A stretch of 64,000 bases of DNA, from contig NC_086097.1 of NCBI RefSeq assembly GCF_963921235.1, positions 247,134,001 to 247,198,000 of the forward strand. The letters are read 5' to 3'. Under the pieces are notes generated by a model. It did not search any database, was not told the DNA's origin, and saw only the letters and a program-made list of their open reading frames with translations. A program made the position numbers and the translations under genes. Positions 37,010 to 51,345 of the stretch are shown piece by piece. How positions within the stretch are numbered: position 1 is the first letter of the stretch; every line of letters starts with the position of its first letter. Origin of the DNA: Mobula hypostoma (Eukaryota).

Positions 37010-39165
37010 GAACCCGGATTGATTAGAAAGCTTAAAGTAGAATAACCCTCAGGGGCAAGTGATCATAATATGACCAAATTTGCCCTGAAATTTGAGAAGG
37101 AGAATCTAAAGTCAGATGTATCAATATTACAGTGGAGTAAAGAGAAGTGGAGTTGGCCAGAATTGATCGGAAAAGAACACTGGCAGGGATGACGGCAGAT
37201 CAGCAATGGCTGGAATTTCTGGAAGCAACTTGGAAGGAACAGGATATATACATCCCAAAGAGGAAGAAGTATTCTAAAGGCAAGATGACACAACTATGGC
37301 TGACAAGGGAAGTCAAAGCCAACATAAAAGGCACAGATGATGCATTTCATAGAGCAAAAATTAGTGGGAAGTTAAAGGATTGAGAAGCTCTTAAAAACCA
37401 AAAGAAGGCAACTAAAAAGTCAATAAGAAGGTAAAGATAGAATACAGAAGCAAACTAGCCAATAATATTAAAAAAGGATACCAAAAGTTTCTTCAGATAC
37501 AAAAAATGTGAAAGAGTGGCGAGAATGGATATTGGACTGCTGGAAAATAATGCTGGAGAGGGAGTGATGGGGGACAGTGAAATTGCAGACGAACTGAATA
37601 AGTATTTTGCATCAGTCTTCACTATAGAAGACATTAGCAGTATGATGGAAGTTCCAGGTATAGGGGACATGAGTGTGTGAAGCTACCATAACTAGAGAGA
37701 AGGTTCTTGGGGAAACTGGAAGGTCTGAAGATAGATAGGTCACCTGGACCAGATGGTGTCCTCTCCAGAGTTCTGAAAGAGGTGGCTGAAGAGATTGTGG
37801 AGGCATTAGTAATGAGCTTTCAAGAATTCACTAGATTCTGGAAGGGTTCCGGAAGACTACAAAATTGCATATGTCACTCCACTCTTCAATAAAGGAGAGA
37901 GGTAGAGAAAGGAAACTTTAGGCCAGTTAGTCTGACCAAAGTGGTTGGGAAGATGTTGGAGTTGATTATTAAGGATGAGGCACATGATAAAATAGGTCAT
38001 AGTCAGCGTGGTTTCCTCAAGGGAAAACCTCGCCTGACAAACCTGTTGGAATTCGTTGAAGAAGTAACAAGCAGGATAGGGAAAGGAGAATGGTTGATGT
38101 TTTGTAACACCCACAAAATGCTGGAGGAACTCAGCAGGCTAGGTAGCATCTATGGAAAAGAGTATAGTCGATGTCTTGGGCCGAGACCCTTCAGCAGGAC
38201 TGGATTTGTACTTGGATATTCAGAAGGTCTTTCACAGGGTGCTTAACAAGCTTTGAGCCCTTGGTATTACAGGAAAGATTCTAGCATGGATAATGTAGTG
38301 GCTGATTGGCAGGAGGCAGAGAGTGGGAATAAGGGGAGCCTTTTATGGCTGGCTGTTGGTGACTAGTGATATTTCACAGGGGTCTGTGTTGGGACCGATT
38401 CTTTTTATGTTATATGCCAAGGATTTGGATGATGGAATTGATGGCTTTATTGCAAAGTTTGCAGATCATATGAAGATAGGTGGAGGGGCAAGTAGTTTTG
38501 AGGAAGTAGAGAGGCTACAGAAGGACTTAGACAGATTAGGAGAACGTGCAAAGAAATGGCAGATGGAATAGTGTTGAGAAGTGCATGGGATGTAATGCTG
38601 AGACTTAATAAAGCACTAGTGAGCCGCTTGGAGTATTGTGAGCAGGTTTGGGCCTCTTACCTTAGAAAGGATGAGCTGAAAGTGGAGAGGGGAGGGTTCA
38701 AAGGAGATCCACAAAAATGATTTCAGGATTGAATGGCTTGTCGTATGATGGCTCTGGGCCTATAATCGGAGGAATTCAGAAGAATGAAGGGTAGCCTCAG
38801 TGAAACTATCAAATGGTGAAAGGTCTTGATAGAGTGGATGTGGAGAGGATGTTTCCTATGATGGGACAGTCTTTGATCAGAGGCAATAGCCTCAGAATAG
38901 ACGTGTGTACTTTTAGAATGGAGGTGAGGAGGAATTTCTTTACCCAGAGAGTGGTGAATCTGTGGAATTCGTTGCCACAGGCAGCTGTGGAGGCCAGGTT
39001 ATTGGGTATATTTAAGGCAGAGGCTGATAATATCCTTGATAACTCAGGGCATGAAGGGATATGTGGAGAAGGCAGGAGATTTGGACTGAGAGGAACATTG
39101 GATCAACCATGATGAAATGGGCAGAGCAGACCCAATGGGCCAAGTAGCCAAATTCTGCTCCTGTG
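37010..39165 (+). mobile_element. Decayed CR1 ORF2 and 3' end
   Basis: Peptides RSPGPDG, QGSVLGP, FADH and RRNFFTQRVVNLWNSLP in frameshifted pieces. Confidence 0.85.
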
Positions 39166-40251
39166 TGGTTTTATATACTGTAGCCACAGGCCTAAGACTT
39201 TTGCACAGTACTGTATATGTCAACATGGAGCGGAGAGCAAGTTTTTAAATCTGGTGTGAGCAAAGGATGTTGGGAATGGCGAGGGGGAAGACCGTGGGAG
39301 GGGTGTGGGACAGGTGGCAGAGAAGGTGTGCCAGGTGGGTGGAGTGGTGTGGGTGCAGACCTTCCCAGCCCTGAGTCACCAGGGAAGGTTATTTGATTTC
39401 AAACAATTGGTTTATTGATCATTACACAATGTCTCACTGGTGCTTCCCGCTCCCTCTCCTCTCCCTTCTCCTTTTCCCAACTATGATTCCCCGCTCCCTG
39501 CCCCCTTCCCACTCTCAGTCCACTATAGCAATCCATGTCAGAATCAGGTTTATCATCTCTCACATATGTCACAAAATTTGTTCTCTTTTGCGGCAGAGGT
39601 ACAGTGCAATACATAAAATTACTACAGTACTGTGCAAAAGACTCGGACACCCTAGCTATGTGCCTTAGACTTTTGCACAGTGCTGAATGATATTCTGTGC
39701 AAAGACCTTTGGCCATGTCTCTGTCATGTATATAAGTGTAAATGTAGTCTTGAGTGGTTTGGTATTGGTATTGGAACATAGAACATTGAACATAGAATAG
39801 TATAGCACAGGGACAGGTCCTTCAGTCTATAATATCATGCAAGTCAATTAAATTGTTGATCAAATGGCCAACTAAATTAATCCTGTCTGCCTACACAATG
39901 CCCATATCCTTCCATTTTCCTCACATTCATGTGCCAATCTAAATATTTATTAAAAGTCCTTAATGTTTCTGCCCCTACCACCACCCCAGGCAGCATGTCC
40001 CAGGTACTGACTTGATTTCGTATTGATTGGTATTGGTTTATTATTGTTATATGTGCCAAGATGCAGTGAAACTTGTCTTGCATGTTACTCAGACAGATCA
40101 AATAATTACACAGTGCTTTGAGGTGGAATAAGGTAAAATAACAGCAAGATTCAAGATGCTGTGTTGAAGTTGTATAAGATGTTGGTCAGATCTAGTTTGG
40201 AGCATTGTTCAAAGTTCAAAGTAAATTTAATATTAAAGTACATATATATGT

Positions 40252-40518
40252 GTGGGCATGTGGCCAAATGGTTAAGGCATTCGACTAGTGATCTGAAGGT
40301 CATGAGTTCGAGCCCCAGCCAAGGCAGTGTGTTGTGTCTTTGAGCAAGGAACTTAATCACACATTGCTCTGCGACGACACTGGTGCCAAGCTGTATGGGT
40401 TCTAATGCCCTTCCCTTGGACAACGTTGGTGTCGTGGAGAGGGGAGACTTGCAGCATGGGCAACTGCTGGTCTTTCATACAACCTTGCCCAGGCCTGTGG
40501 CCTGGAGAGTGAAGACTT
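40252..40518 (+). mobile_element. tRNA-derived SINE with CORE-like central motif; 5'-truncated minus-strand copy at 407-680
   Basis: A box TGGCCAAATGG, B box GTTCGAGCC, then gtgtctttgagcaaggaacttaa. The second copy is closely similar. Confidence 0.8.
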
Positions 40519-40789
40519 GAATAGGTTGAATAGGTGAGGACTTCATTCCCTAGAGCATCGGAGAATAAATGCAACCAGGCTTTTTCTCATTAGGGTTTGG
40601 TGAGACTAGAACTGGAGGTTGGGGGATAGGGGTGAAAGATGAAATGCTTAAGGGGAAACTTCTTCACTCATGCTGTGGTATAAGAGTGGAACAGGGTGCC
40701 AGTGGAAGCAATGGATGTGGGTTTGATTTCAACAGTTAAGAAAAATTTGGATAAGGACATAGATGGAAGAGCCATGGTCCAGGTGTCGG

Positions 40790-42390
40790 TCATAGAACAC
40801 AGAACACAGAACAGCAAAGGAACAGGCCATTCGGCCCACAATGTAGCACCAAACAAAATAAATTGGTAATAATAACTTAAGAACATAAGAAATAGGAGCA
40901 GGAGTCGGCCATGTGTCCCATCGAGCCTGCTCCACCATTCAATAAGATCATGGCTGATCTGGCCATGGGCTCATCTCCACCTACCTGCCTTTTCCCCATA
41001 ACCCTCAATTTCCCTACTATGGAAAAATCTATCCAACCTTGTCTTAAATATATTTACTGAGGTAGCCTCCTCTGCTTCGCTAGGCAGAGAATTCCACAGA
41101 TTCACCACTCACCACTCTCTGGGAAAAGCAGTTCCTCCTCAATTTCGTCCTAAATTTACTCTCCCGAATCTTGAGGCTATGCCTCTTAGTTCTAGTCTCA
41201 CCTACCAGTGAAAACAACTTTCCTGCCTCCATCTTATCTATCCCTTTCATAATTTTATGTTTCTATAAGATCTCCTTTCATTCTTCTGATCAAATAGCCA
41301 ATTAAACTAATCCCTTATGTGTATACAATGTCCATATCCTTCCGTTTTCCTCACATTCATGTGCACCTCTTAAAGTCTCTGATGTATCTGCCTCTACTAC
41401 CACCCCACGCAGCGCAAGCCAGCTTCTGCATAGTTTTTCGTGTTTGTGATTTACCCACTGCTCTCTGTAAAAAACTTGCCCTTCGCATCTCCTTTGAAAT
41501 TACCCCCCTCTCACCTTAAATCCATGCCCTCCGTTACTAGACATTTCAAATGTGAGAAAAAAGATACTGTCCATATACTCTGTCCATATCTGTTTGTAGA
41601 CATCACAAACATATCCCGCAGAACACCACTAATCACAGACCTGCAGCTAGAAAAATTCCCGTCAGCCACTACCTCTGTCTTCAATGGGCAAGCCAGTTCT
41701 GAATCCAACTGGCAAATTCATCTTCTAGATAACCTCCCATAAGGGACCTTGTCAAACATTTTACAAAATTCATGTAGACAACATCCACAACTTTACCTTC
41801 ATCAATCAGCACTGTCACCTTGTCAGAACACTCAATCAAGTTAGTAAGACATGTCTTGCCCCACATAAAGCCAGGTTGGCTCTCCCTAATTGGGCCATGG
41901 TTTTCCAAATGCTCATAAATCCCATCCATAAGAATCCTCTCCAGTAACTTCCCTACCATTGACACGAGACTCACCGGTCTATAGATTCCACGATTATCTC
42001 TGGTTCCTTCTTGAACAATGGAACAACATTAGCTACTCACCATTCTTCTGGGATCTCGACTGTGGCCAGGAAGGACACAAAGATATTGGTCAAGGCCCTA
42101 GCAATCTCTTCACGAGCCTCTCTCGATAACTTGGGTATATCCTATCAGGTGCTGGGGATGTTTCCACCTTAGTGATCTTTAGGAGATCCAATACTACCTC
42201 CTCTTTTACTTTGAAACGCACATTAATTCCCTTGGCATGATCTCCCTATCTTCCACCTCCCTTCTACTTGGTAAATACTGATGTAAAGTGCTCGTTAAGG
42301 GCCTCACCCATATCCTCTGCGTCCAAGCAGATGTTTCCCGCTTTTACCCTTGAGTGGTCCTACCCTCTCCCTAGTTATCCTCTTGCTCCA
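40790..42390 (-). mobile_element. Nested minus-strand CR1 fragments
   Basis: 3' UTR at 40879-41290 is closely similar to 13693-14105. RT peptide VGKLLERIL...QPGFMWGKTCLTNLIE. Confidence 0.8.
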
Positions 42391-43187
42391 GACGTAGAGT
42401 CACAGAGTCTTAGAACAGGCCCTTTGGCCCATCTAGTCCGTGCCAAGCCATTGAAACTGCCTAGTCCCATCAACCTGCACCAGGACCATAGCCCTCCATA
42501 CTCCTACCATCCACGTACCTAGTCAAACTTCGCTTAAATGTTGAAATTGAAATTGCATCGAGCACCTGTGCTGACAGCTCATTCTACACACTCACGGCCC
42601 TCTGAGTGAAGACCTTTCCCCTCATGTTCCCTTAATCTTTCCACCTTTCGCCCCTTAGCCATGACCGATGCTAGGCAAGTATCTAGCAAATTTATTATTT
42701 GCTTGCAGCAGAGCCTGATGGTCGAGGGGTAATAACTGTTGCTGAACCTGGCGGTGTGGGACCCGAGGCTCCTGTACCTCTTGACTTTTTGGCGGCAGTG
42801 AGAAGAGAGCATGGCCCAGATGGTGGGGGTCATTGACGATGGCCGCTGCTTTCTTGCAGAAGGTAGAGCAATAGCAAGAGGTAGACTGCTTGGACAGCTT
42901 CTGGAGATTCAAGACAAGCTGATGTGCAAACAAAATGTTTATGCCCAACATGAATTGTCAAAAAGATCCCCAAGGACAGAATAGCCATTTTCTCTTCAGT
43001 ACCTCTGCCTAGTGACCTGCAATTGGCTGTTCAATACATGCATTGCTGACAGAAACCAGAGGGGAGGTAATGCAAAATTGCACAGCAAAGTACATTTACA
43101 TTTAAAGGGGGCTTCACCCAGCACCTTTAGCTATCTTCCTTTCCCTCCCCACACCTCTTAATTCTGATGTCTTCCCCCTTTCATTTC

Positions 43188-43225
43188 CAGTCCTGATGAA
43201 GTGGCTTGGCCTGAAACGTTGACTG
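43188..43225 (+). ncRNA. Minimal type I hammerhead ribozyme motif in a Penelope terminal repeat (copy with intact core)
   Basis: cagtc-CTGATGA-agtggcttggcct-GAAA-cg-TT-gactg: stem I cagtc/gactg, CUGANGA and GAAA boxes, NUH triplet. Stem II is weak in this copy. Confidence 0.7.
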
Positions 43226-43870
43226 TTTATTCCTCTCCATAGACGCTGCCTGATCTGCTGAGTTCCTCCAGCATTTTGTGTGCGTTTCTTTTGGATTTGT
43301 AGAATCTCTGGTGTTTATGATTTGCAGCTTTGCTACAAAGACTCTTTGTGGAATGCCCAACTACAAATCTTCTTTTCGACGGGAGTTCAGTGAAAACCTC
43401 TTTCACTGTTTCACCTCTGTGATCTCCTCCACTCTCCAGTTCTTCAACCATGTACTCACCCAGCCCCTATCTATCCTCCTTCCCCCCACCCATCCCAACT
43501 TCTTATTTTGACATACTCCTCCTTCCTTTCCAGTCCTGAAGAACTCTTTATTCATTTCCACAGATGTGGCCGGATCTGCTGAGTTCCTCCAGCATTTTGT
43601 GTGTTGCTCTGGATTTCCAGTACCTGTAGACTTTCTCGTGTTTATAATTTTGAGGTGATTTGAGGGAAGTATTGGGGGGAGTGGAAATGTCAGAGGTAGC
43701 TTCTTTACACAGAGAGTAGTGGAATGCCCCACTAGGGGTGCTGGTAGAGGCAGATACATTAGGGACATTTAAGAAACTCTTAGATGGACGCATGGATGAT
43801 AGATAAATGGAGTGTTATGTAGGAGGAAAGGGTTTGATTGATCTTAGAGTAATTTAAAAGGTTGCTACAA

Positions 43871-44098
43871 TGAAGCGCCTTCAATAACTCCAAAAGACTG
43901 CAGTAGAGTAAATACTGAAAGGCTTTTATTTGCAGTAAAATACGACCTCCATGCTGAGTGTCTGCCCCTGGACTGAGGAGGAGGGGCAAGACGAAATCAC
44001 CTTTATTCAGGGGTCTGTGGAAGGAGCCACAGGGGCAGTCAGCAGAGGGGCGTGACCAGACGGTTAACCCAGTTACAACACATATATGGTTTACCACA
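43871..44098 (-). mobile_element. Solo LTR (228 bp)
   Basis: TG...CA termini, 5-bp TSD tacaa/cacaa, and minus-strand AATAAA at 43930-43925. It interrupts a CR1 3' tail. Confidence 0.7.
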
Positions 44099-45429
44099 CA
44101 CAAACGCATGGTTCAAAGGGTATTACTGTGCTGTAATGTTCTATCTTCCACACTCTACATTACTGTTTATGCAGAGGGCAGTGGGACTAATAGAGAAGGT
44201 GCTGCCGGGGTAGTGGAAGAGGCAGATACATTAGGGACATTTTAAAATGAAGGGCTATGTGGGAGACCATAAAATCATAAGCTACAGGAGCAGAATTAGG
44301 CCATTTGGTTTAATCGTGTCTGCTCTGCCATTTCATCATGTCTGATCCAATTTTCTTCTGAGCCCCAATCTCATGCCTTGTCCCATATCCTTTCGTACCC
44401 TGAACAATCAATAATCTATCAAATTCTGCCTTAAATATACATAAAGACTTGGCCACCACAGCTGCCTATGGAAAAGTATTCCACGGATTCGCTACTCTCT
44501 AGCTATAGAAATTCCTTCTCATCTCCGTTCTATAAGGATGCACCTCTGTTCTGAGGCTGTGTCCTCCGGTCTTAGTCTCTCCTCTTGGCCAGAAAGAATG
44601 ACAATCTACAAATCAGTGAATTCAAATGAATCAAAGACAGTGGAAGCAGTGTTTGTTCTTGCTGCATGCTTGGGGGATGGAGGCTGCCATTTCGTGAAGA
44701 CACTCTGTTCTCCATTTTGTAAGCCTGACATGCTGGGCTTGATCAACGTTTTAAAGAAGACACAATGATTCTTCAGGTAATCTGCTGGACTGGAGATCAT
44801 TTCCAAATAAGAGGTTATTTGTGAGATGTTCTTTGGTTGGCTATAACATGCAGGTTTGTGAATGTTGGGGTTGATGCCTGCCTGAAGTGATTCGAGCTCA
44901 TTGCTGATTGAGAACAAAGAGCCGTAAATGATTGACTGTCACTTGATGGGAAGAGGGCAATAAATGTATGCTGGCTTGGATCAGAGCCAATACCAAGGCG
45001 TTAAAGGACAGACACATGGCCTGTGGCCAGTGACACTGGAATGCAATATTTGAATTGATAAGGAATGGATATAAAAGTGGATGCTTTGTGTGTACTGGAG
45101 TGGTAACTTCGAAGAATAACCATCGCAGATACAAGCGTGAGCAACCCTGCGTGAAACATGTGGTGAGTGAATCGAGACAACAAGGAATGCCTGGCCAGCA
45201 TAAACTCTTTTGCCCGGGTAATATTTTTGCTATTCTTTGACTATTCGGGAGAGTCAGGGATACTTAGCGGTTGTGCACACAAGGTATTTAGTGTCTGAAT
45301 TCACGTATTTAGTGTATGAATTCACGTACTTGTTAGTTTGAACAATAAAGGTACTTGTCAGTAAATACAGATCTCTCTGTGCCTCACTAAACATCGTTAT
45401 AAGTAGAAGCAGTATTTTTTTTACAACAC

Positions 45430-48400
45430 TCCCACCATAGGATACATCCTCTCCATGTCCACTCTTATCAAGACCTTTCACCATTCGATAGGTTTCAATA
45501 AGCTTACCCTACATTCTTCTGATTCCTAGTGAATACAGGCCCCCAGCTGTCAAACGCTCTTCATATGACAAGCCATTCAAACCTGGAATCATTTTCGTGA
45601 ATCTCCTTTGAACCTTCTCCAGTTTCAGCACATCCTTTCTATGATAAGGGACCCAAACCTGCTCACAATACTCCAAGTGAGGTCTCACTAGTGCTTCATA
45701 AAGTCTCAACATTCCATCCTTGCTTTTATATTCTTGTCCTCTTGAAATGAATGCTAACATTGCATTTGCCTTCCTCACCACAGACTCAACCTGCAAATTA
45801 ACCTTTAGGGAATCCGGCAGAAGGATTCCCAAATACCTTTGCAATTCAGTTTTTTTGTATTTTATCTCCACTTAGAAAATAGTCAACCCTTTCATTTCTT
45901 CTTCCAAAGTGCATAACAATACACTTCCAAACACTGTATTCCATCTGCCATTTCTTTGCCTATTCTCCTAATCTGTTAAAGTCCTTCTGTAGCCTCTCTA
46001 CCTCCTCAAAACTGAATGCCCCTCCGCCTGTCTTCACATTACCTGCAAACTTTGCAACAAGGCCATCAATTCCATCATCCAAATCATTGTCTAATAATGC
46101 ACAAAGAATTGATCTCAACACAAACACCAATAGAAGATTCGAAGCAAGAAGCCTGCGAGTGGAACGGCTCAGGGTTTCTGGAGCGAAGGCATTTTACTAC
46201 TCCGGGTAAAAGAGAGGCAAGACTGCGCAGGTGAGTGACGTCAGCCAGTTCAGCGGGAAAAGTTTGAAAAGAAGACCGCCATATCCAGTGGAGTGAGAGG
46301 GCTTTGGCTCAACGGGCTTAGGTGGTAACGAGGTGAGGTAGGTTTACCTGTGTTAATTGCGGAAAGGAAATATGTGTGTGAGGCCGAGGTTCTGTGCTTG
46401 GTGTCACATGTGGGAAGTCCTGGAGTCTCCCAGCCACCCGGATGGCCATATCTGTACCTGGTGTGTCGAGCTGCAGCTCCTAAGGGACTGCATTAGGGAA
46501 CTGGAGTTGCAGCTCAATGACCTTCGTCTGGTCAGGGATAGCGAGGACGTGATAGAAAGGAGTTATAGGCAGGTGGTTACACCAGGGCCTCAGGAGACGG
46601 ACAAGTGGGTAACAGTCAGGAGAGGGAAGGGGAAGAGTCAGGTGCTAGAGAGTACCCCCGTGGCTGTCCGCCTGAACAATAAGTACTCCTGTTTGAGTAC
46701 TGCTGGGGGGGACAGCCTACCTGGGGGAAGCAACAGTGGTCGTGCCTCTGGCACAGAGTCCAGCCCTGTGGCTCAGAAGGGTAGGGAAAGGAAGAGGATG
46801 GCAGCAGTGATAGAGGACTCTATAGTCAGGGGGTCAAACAGGCAATTCTGTGGATGAAGGAAAGAAAATCGGATGGTAGTTTGCCTCCCATTGCCAGGGT
46901 CCGGGATGTTTCAGATCGTGTCCACGATATCCTGCAGTGGGAGGGAGAACAGCCAGAGGTCGTGGTACATATTGGTACCAATGACATAGGTAGGAAGAGG
47001 GAAGAGGTTCTGAAAACAGCCTACAGGGAGTTAGGAAGGAAGTTGAGAAGCAGCATCACAAAGGTAGTAATCTTGGGATTACTGCCTGTGCTACGTGACA
47101 GTGAGAATAGGAATAGAATGAGGTGGAGGATAAATGTGTGGCTGAGGGATTGGAGCAGAGGGCAGGGATTCAGATTTCTGGATCATTGGGACCTCTTTTG
47201 GGCAGGTGTGACCTGTACAAAAAGGACGGGTTGCACGTGAATCCCAGGGGGACCAATATCCTGGCAGGGAGGTTTGCTAAGGCTACTGGGGAGAGTTTAA
47301 ACTAGAATTGTTGGCAGGTGGGAACCGAACTGAAGAGACTGGAGAAGAGGAGGTTGGCTCACAAATAGAGAAAGCTTGGAGACAGTGTGTGAGAGAGGAT
47401 AGGTAGGTGATAGAGAAGGGACGCGCTCAGAGTGACAGTTTGAGATGTGTCTATTTTAACGCAAGGAGTGTTGTGAACAAAGCAGATGAGCTTAGAGCAT
47501 GGATCAGTACTTGGAGCTATGATGTGGTGGCCATTACAGAGACTTGGATGGCTCAGGGACAGGAATGGTTACTTCAAGTGCCGGGTTTTAGGTGTTTCAG
47601 AAAGGACAGGGATGGAAACAAAAGAGGTGGGGGTGTGGCACTGCTGATCAGAGATAGTGTCACAGCTGCAGAAAAGGTGGTGTCATGGAGGGATTGTCTA
47701 CTGAGTCTCTGTGGGTGGAAGTCAGGAACAGAAAAGGGTCAATAACTCTACTGGGTGTTTTTTATAGGCCGCCCAATAGTAACAGGGATATCGAGGAGCA
47801 GATAGAGAAACAGATCCTTGAAAGGTGTAATAATAACAGAGTTGTCGTGATGGGAGATTTTAATTTCCCAAATATCGATTGGCATCTCCCTAGAGCAAGG
47901 GGTTTAGATGGGGTGGAGTTTGCTAGTTGCGTTCAGGATGGTTTCTTGACACAATATGTAGATAAGCCTACAGAAGGAGAGACTGTACTTGATTTGGTAT
48001 TGGGAGATGAATCTGGTCAGGTGTCAGATCTCTCAGTTGGAGAGCATTTTGGAGATAGTGATCATAATTCTATCTCCTTTACAATAGCATTGGAGAGAGA
48101 TAGTAATAGACAAGTTAGAAAAGTGTTTAATTGGAGTAAGGGGAATTATGAGGCTATCAGGCAGGAACTTGGAATCTTAAATTGGGAACAGATGTTCTCA
48201 GGGAAAGGTACGGAAGAAATGTGGCAAATGTTCAGGGGATATTTGTGTGGAGTTCTGCATAGGTATGTTCCAATGAGACAGGGAAGTTATGGTAGGGTAC
48301 AGGAACCATGGTGTACAAAGGTGTAAATCTAGTCAAGAAGAAAAGGGAATCTTATGAAAGGTTCAGAGAGCTGGGTAATGTTAGACATCTAGAAGGCTAA

Positions 48401-51345
48401 CAGGAAGGAGTTCAAGAAGGAAATTAGGAGAGCCAGAAGGGGCCATGAAAGGCCTTGGCGGGCAGGATTAAGGAAAACCCCAAGGCATTCTACAAGTATG
48501 TGAAGAGCAAGAGGATAAGACGTGAGAGAATAGTACCTATCAAGTATGACAGTGGGAAAGTGTGTATGGAACCGAAGGAAATAGCAGAGGTACTTAATGA
48601 ATACTTTACTTCAGTATTCACTATGGAAAAAGATCTTGGTGATTGTTGTGATGAGTTGCAGCGGACTGAAAAGCTTGAGCATGTAGATATTAAGAAAGAG
48701 GATGTGCTGGAGCTTTTGGAAAGCATCAAGTTGGATAAGTCACCAGGACCAGATGAGATGTACCCCAGACTGCTGTGGGAGGTGAGGGAGGAGATTGCTG
48801 AGCCTCTGGTGATGATCTTTGCATCATCAATAGGGATGGGAGAGGTTCCAGAGGATTGGAGGGTTGTGGATGTTGTTCTCTCATTCAAGAAAGGGAGTAG
48901 AGATAGCCCAGGAAATTATAGACCAGTGAATCTTACTTCAGTGGTTGGTAAGTTGATGGAGAAGATCCTGAGAGGCAGGATTTATGAACATTTGAAGAGG
49001 TATAATATGATTAGGAATAGTCAGCATGGCTTTGTCAAGGGCAGGTCATGTCTTACGAGCCTGATTGAATTTTTTGAGGATGTGACTAAACACATTGATG
49101 AAGGTAGAGCCGTAGATGTAGGGTATATGGATTTCAGCAAGGCATTTGATAAGGTACTCCATGCAAGGCTTATTGAGAAAGTAAGGAGGCATGGGATCCA
49201 AGGGGACATTGCTTTGTGGATCCAGAACTGGCTTGTCCACAGAAGGCAAAGAATGGTTGTGGATGGGTCATATTCTGCATGGAGGTCGGTGACCGGTGGT
49301 GTGCTTCAGGGATCTGTTCTGGGACCCTTACTCTTCGTGATTTTTATAAATGATCTGGATGAGGAAGTGGAGGGATGGGTTAGTAAATTTGCTGATGACA
49401 CAAAGGTTGGAGGTGTTGTGGATAGTGTGGAGGGCTGTTACAGGTTACAGGTTACAGCGGGACATTGATAGGATTTCAAACTTGGCTGAGAAGTGGCAGA
49501 TGGAGTTCAACCCAGATAAGTGTGAAGTGGTTCATTTTGGTAGGTCAAATATGATGGCAGAATATAGTATTAATGGTAAGACTCTTGGCAGTGTGGAGGA
49601 TCAGAGGGATCTTGGGGTCCGAGTCCATAGGACGCTCAATGCAGCTGCACAGGTTGACTCTGTGGTTAAGAAGGCATACAGTGTGTTGGCCTTCATCAAG
49701 GGTGGAAATGAATTTAGGAGCCGAGAGGTAATGTTGCAGCTATATAGGACCCTGGTCAGACCCCACTAGGACTACTGTGCTCAGTTCTGGTCGCCTCACT
49801 ACAGGAAGGATGTGGAAACCATAGAAAGGGTGCAGAGGATATTTACAAGATTGTTGCCTGGATTAGGGAGCATGCCTTATGAGAATAGGTTGAGTGAACT
49901 CAGCCTTTTCTCCTTGGAGCGACGGAGGATGAGAGGTGACCTGATAGAGGTGTATAAGATGATGAGAGGCATTGATTGTGTGGATAGTCAGAGGCTTTTT
50001 CCCAGGGCTGAAATGGCTGCCACAAGAGGGCACAGGTTTAAGGTGCTTGGGAGTTGGTACAGAGGAGATGTCAGGGGTAAGTTTTTTACTCACAGAGTGG
50101 TGAATGCATGGAATGGGCTGCCAGCAATGGTGGTAGAGATGGATACGATAGGGTCTTTTAAGAGACTTTTGGATAGGTACATGGATCTTAGAAAAAATAG
50201 AGGGCTATGGGTAACACTAGCAATTTCTAAGGTAGGGACATGTTCAGCACAACTTTGTGGGCCGAAGAGCCTGTATTATGCTGTAAGTTTTCTATGTTTC
50301 TAGAACACCAGTAGTCACTAGTGGCCAGCCAAAAAATGCTCTGTTTATTCCCACTCTGTGCTTCCTGCCAATTAGCCACTATTTTATCCATGCTGGAATC
50401 TTACTTGGAATGCTATAATCCATGGGCTCATATCTTGTTAAGCAGCTTCTTGTGTAGCACTTTGTCAAAGGCCTTCTGGCAAGCCAAGTACACAACATCA
50501 ACTGATTCTCTTTTGTCTATCGTGCTTGTTAATTCTTCAAAGAATTCCAACAAATTTGTCAGGCAAAATTTTCTTTTGAGGAAACCATGCTGACTATGGC
50601 CTGTTTTAACATGTGCCCCCAGGTACCCTGAAACGACATCCTTAATAATCGACTCCAACCACTGAGGTCAGACTAACTGGCCTATAATTTCCTTTCTTCT
50701 GTCTCTCTCACTTCATGAAGAGTGGAGAGACATTTTCAACTTTCCAGGCTTCCAGAACCATCGCAGAATCTAGTGATTCCTTTGAAGGGTCTTTACTAAT
50801 GCTTCTAAGATCTTTTCACCACCAGTTTCAGAACTCTGGGGTATTTACCATCTGGTCCAAGTGACTTAACTACCTTCAGACCTTTCAGTTTCTCGAGAAC
50901 CTTCTTTCTTGTTATGGTGTCTTCACACACTTCGTGCCCCCTGACATCTGGAACTTCCACCATACTGCTAGTGTCTTTCATAGCACAGACTGATAAAAAA
51001 TATTTATTCAGTTTATCCACCATTTCCTTGTCCCTCTTTACTACCTCTCCAGCATTGTCTTCCAGTGGTCTGATATCCACTCTCGCCTCTCTCTTACACT
51101 TTAGGTATCTGAAGAAACATTTTGTAACCTCATTAATAGCTTACTTTCATATTTCATCTTTCTTCTTAATGACTTTTTAGTTGCCTTCTGTTGGTTTTTA
51201 AAAGCTTCCCAATCCTCTAACTTCCCAGCAAGTTTTGCTCTATTATATGCCCTCTCTTTGGCTTTTATGTTGACTTTGACTTCTCCTTTTAGCTATGGCT
51301 GTGTCTTTTTCCTTTAGAATACCTGTTTCTCTTTGGTATGAATAT
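45430..51345 (-). mobile_element. Decayed minus-strand CR1 (45430-46133 and 50304-51345) hosting the full-length CR1
   Basis: RT fragments (LVRPHLEYCEQVW; QHGFLKRKFCLTNLLEFFEE; KAFDKV) are collinear on either side of the TSD. Confidence 0.88.
46134..50303 (+). mobile_element. Full-length but decayed CR1 LINE (5' UTR, ORF1 zinc-finger/leucine-zipper + esterase, ORF2 EN-RT, 3' tail)
   Basis: ORF1 has CAWC...CTWC followed by heptad leucines and GTND. ORF2 survives in frameshifted pieces (47407-50303). Tail TTTCTATGTTTCTA. TSD aacaccaatag (46123-46133) / aacaccagtag (50304-50314). Confidence 0.95.

Noticed and set aside
40252..40325. tRNA gene
   Set aside because: A and B boxes are present, but the sequence continues into a SINE body that has a second copy at 407-680.
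45283..45328. 21-bp tandem duplication (also a 7-bp triplication at about 49437-49457)
   Set aside because: Ordinary slippage events with no sign of function.
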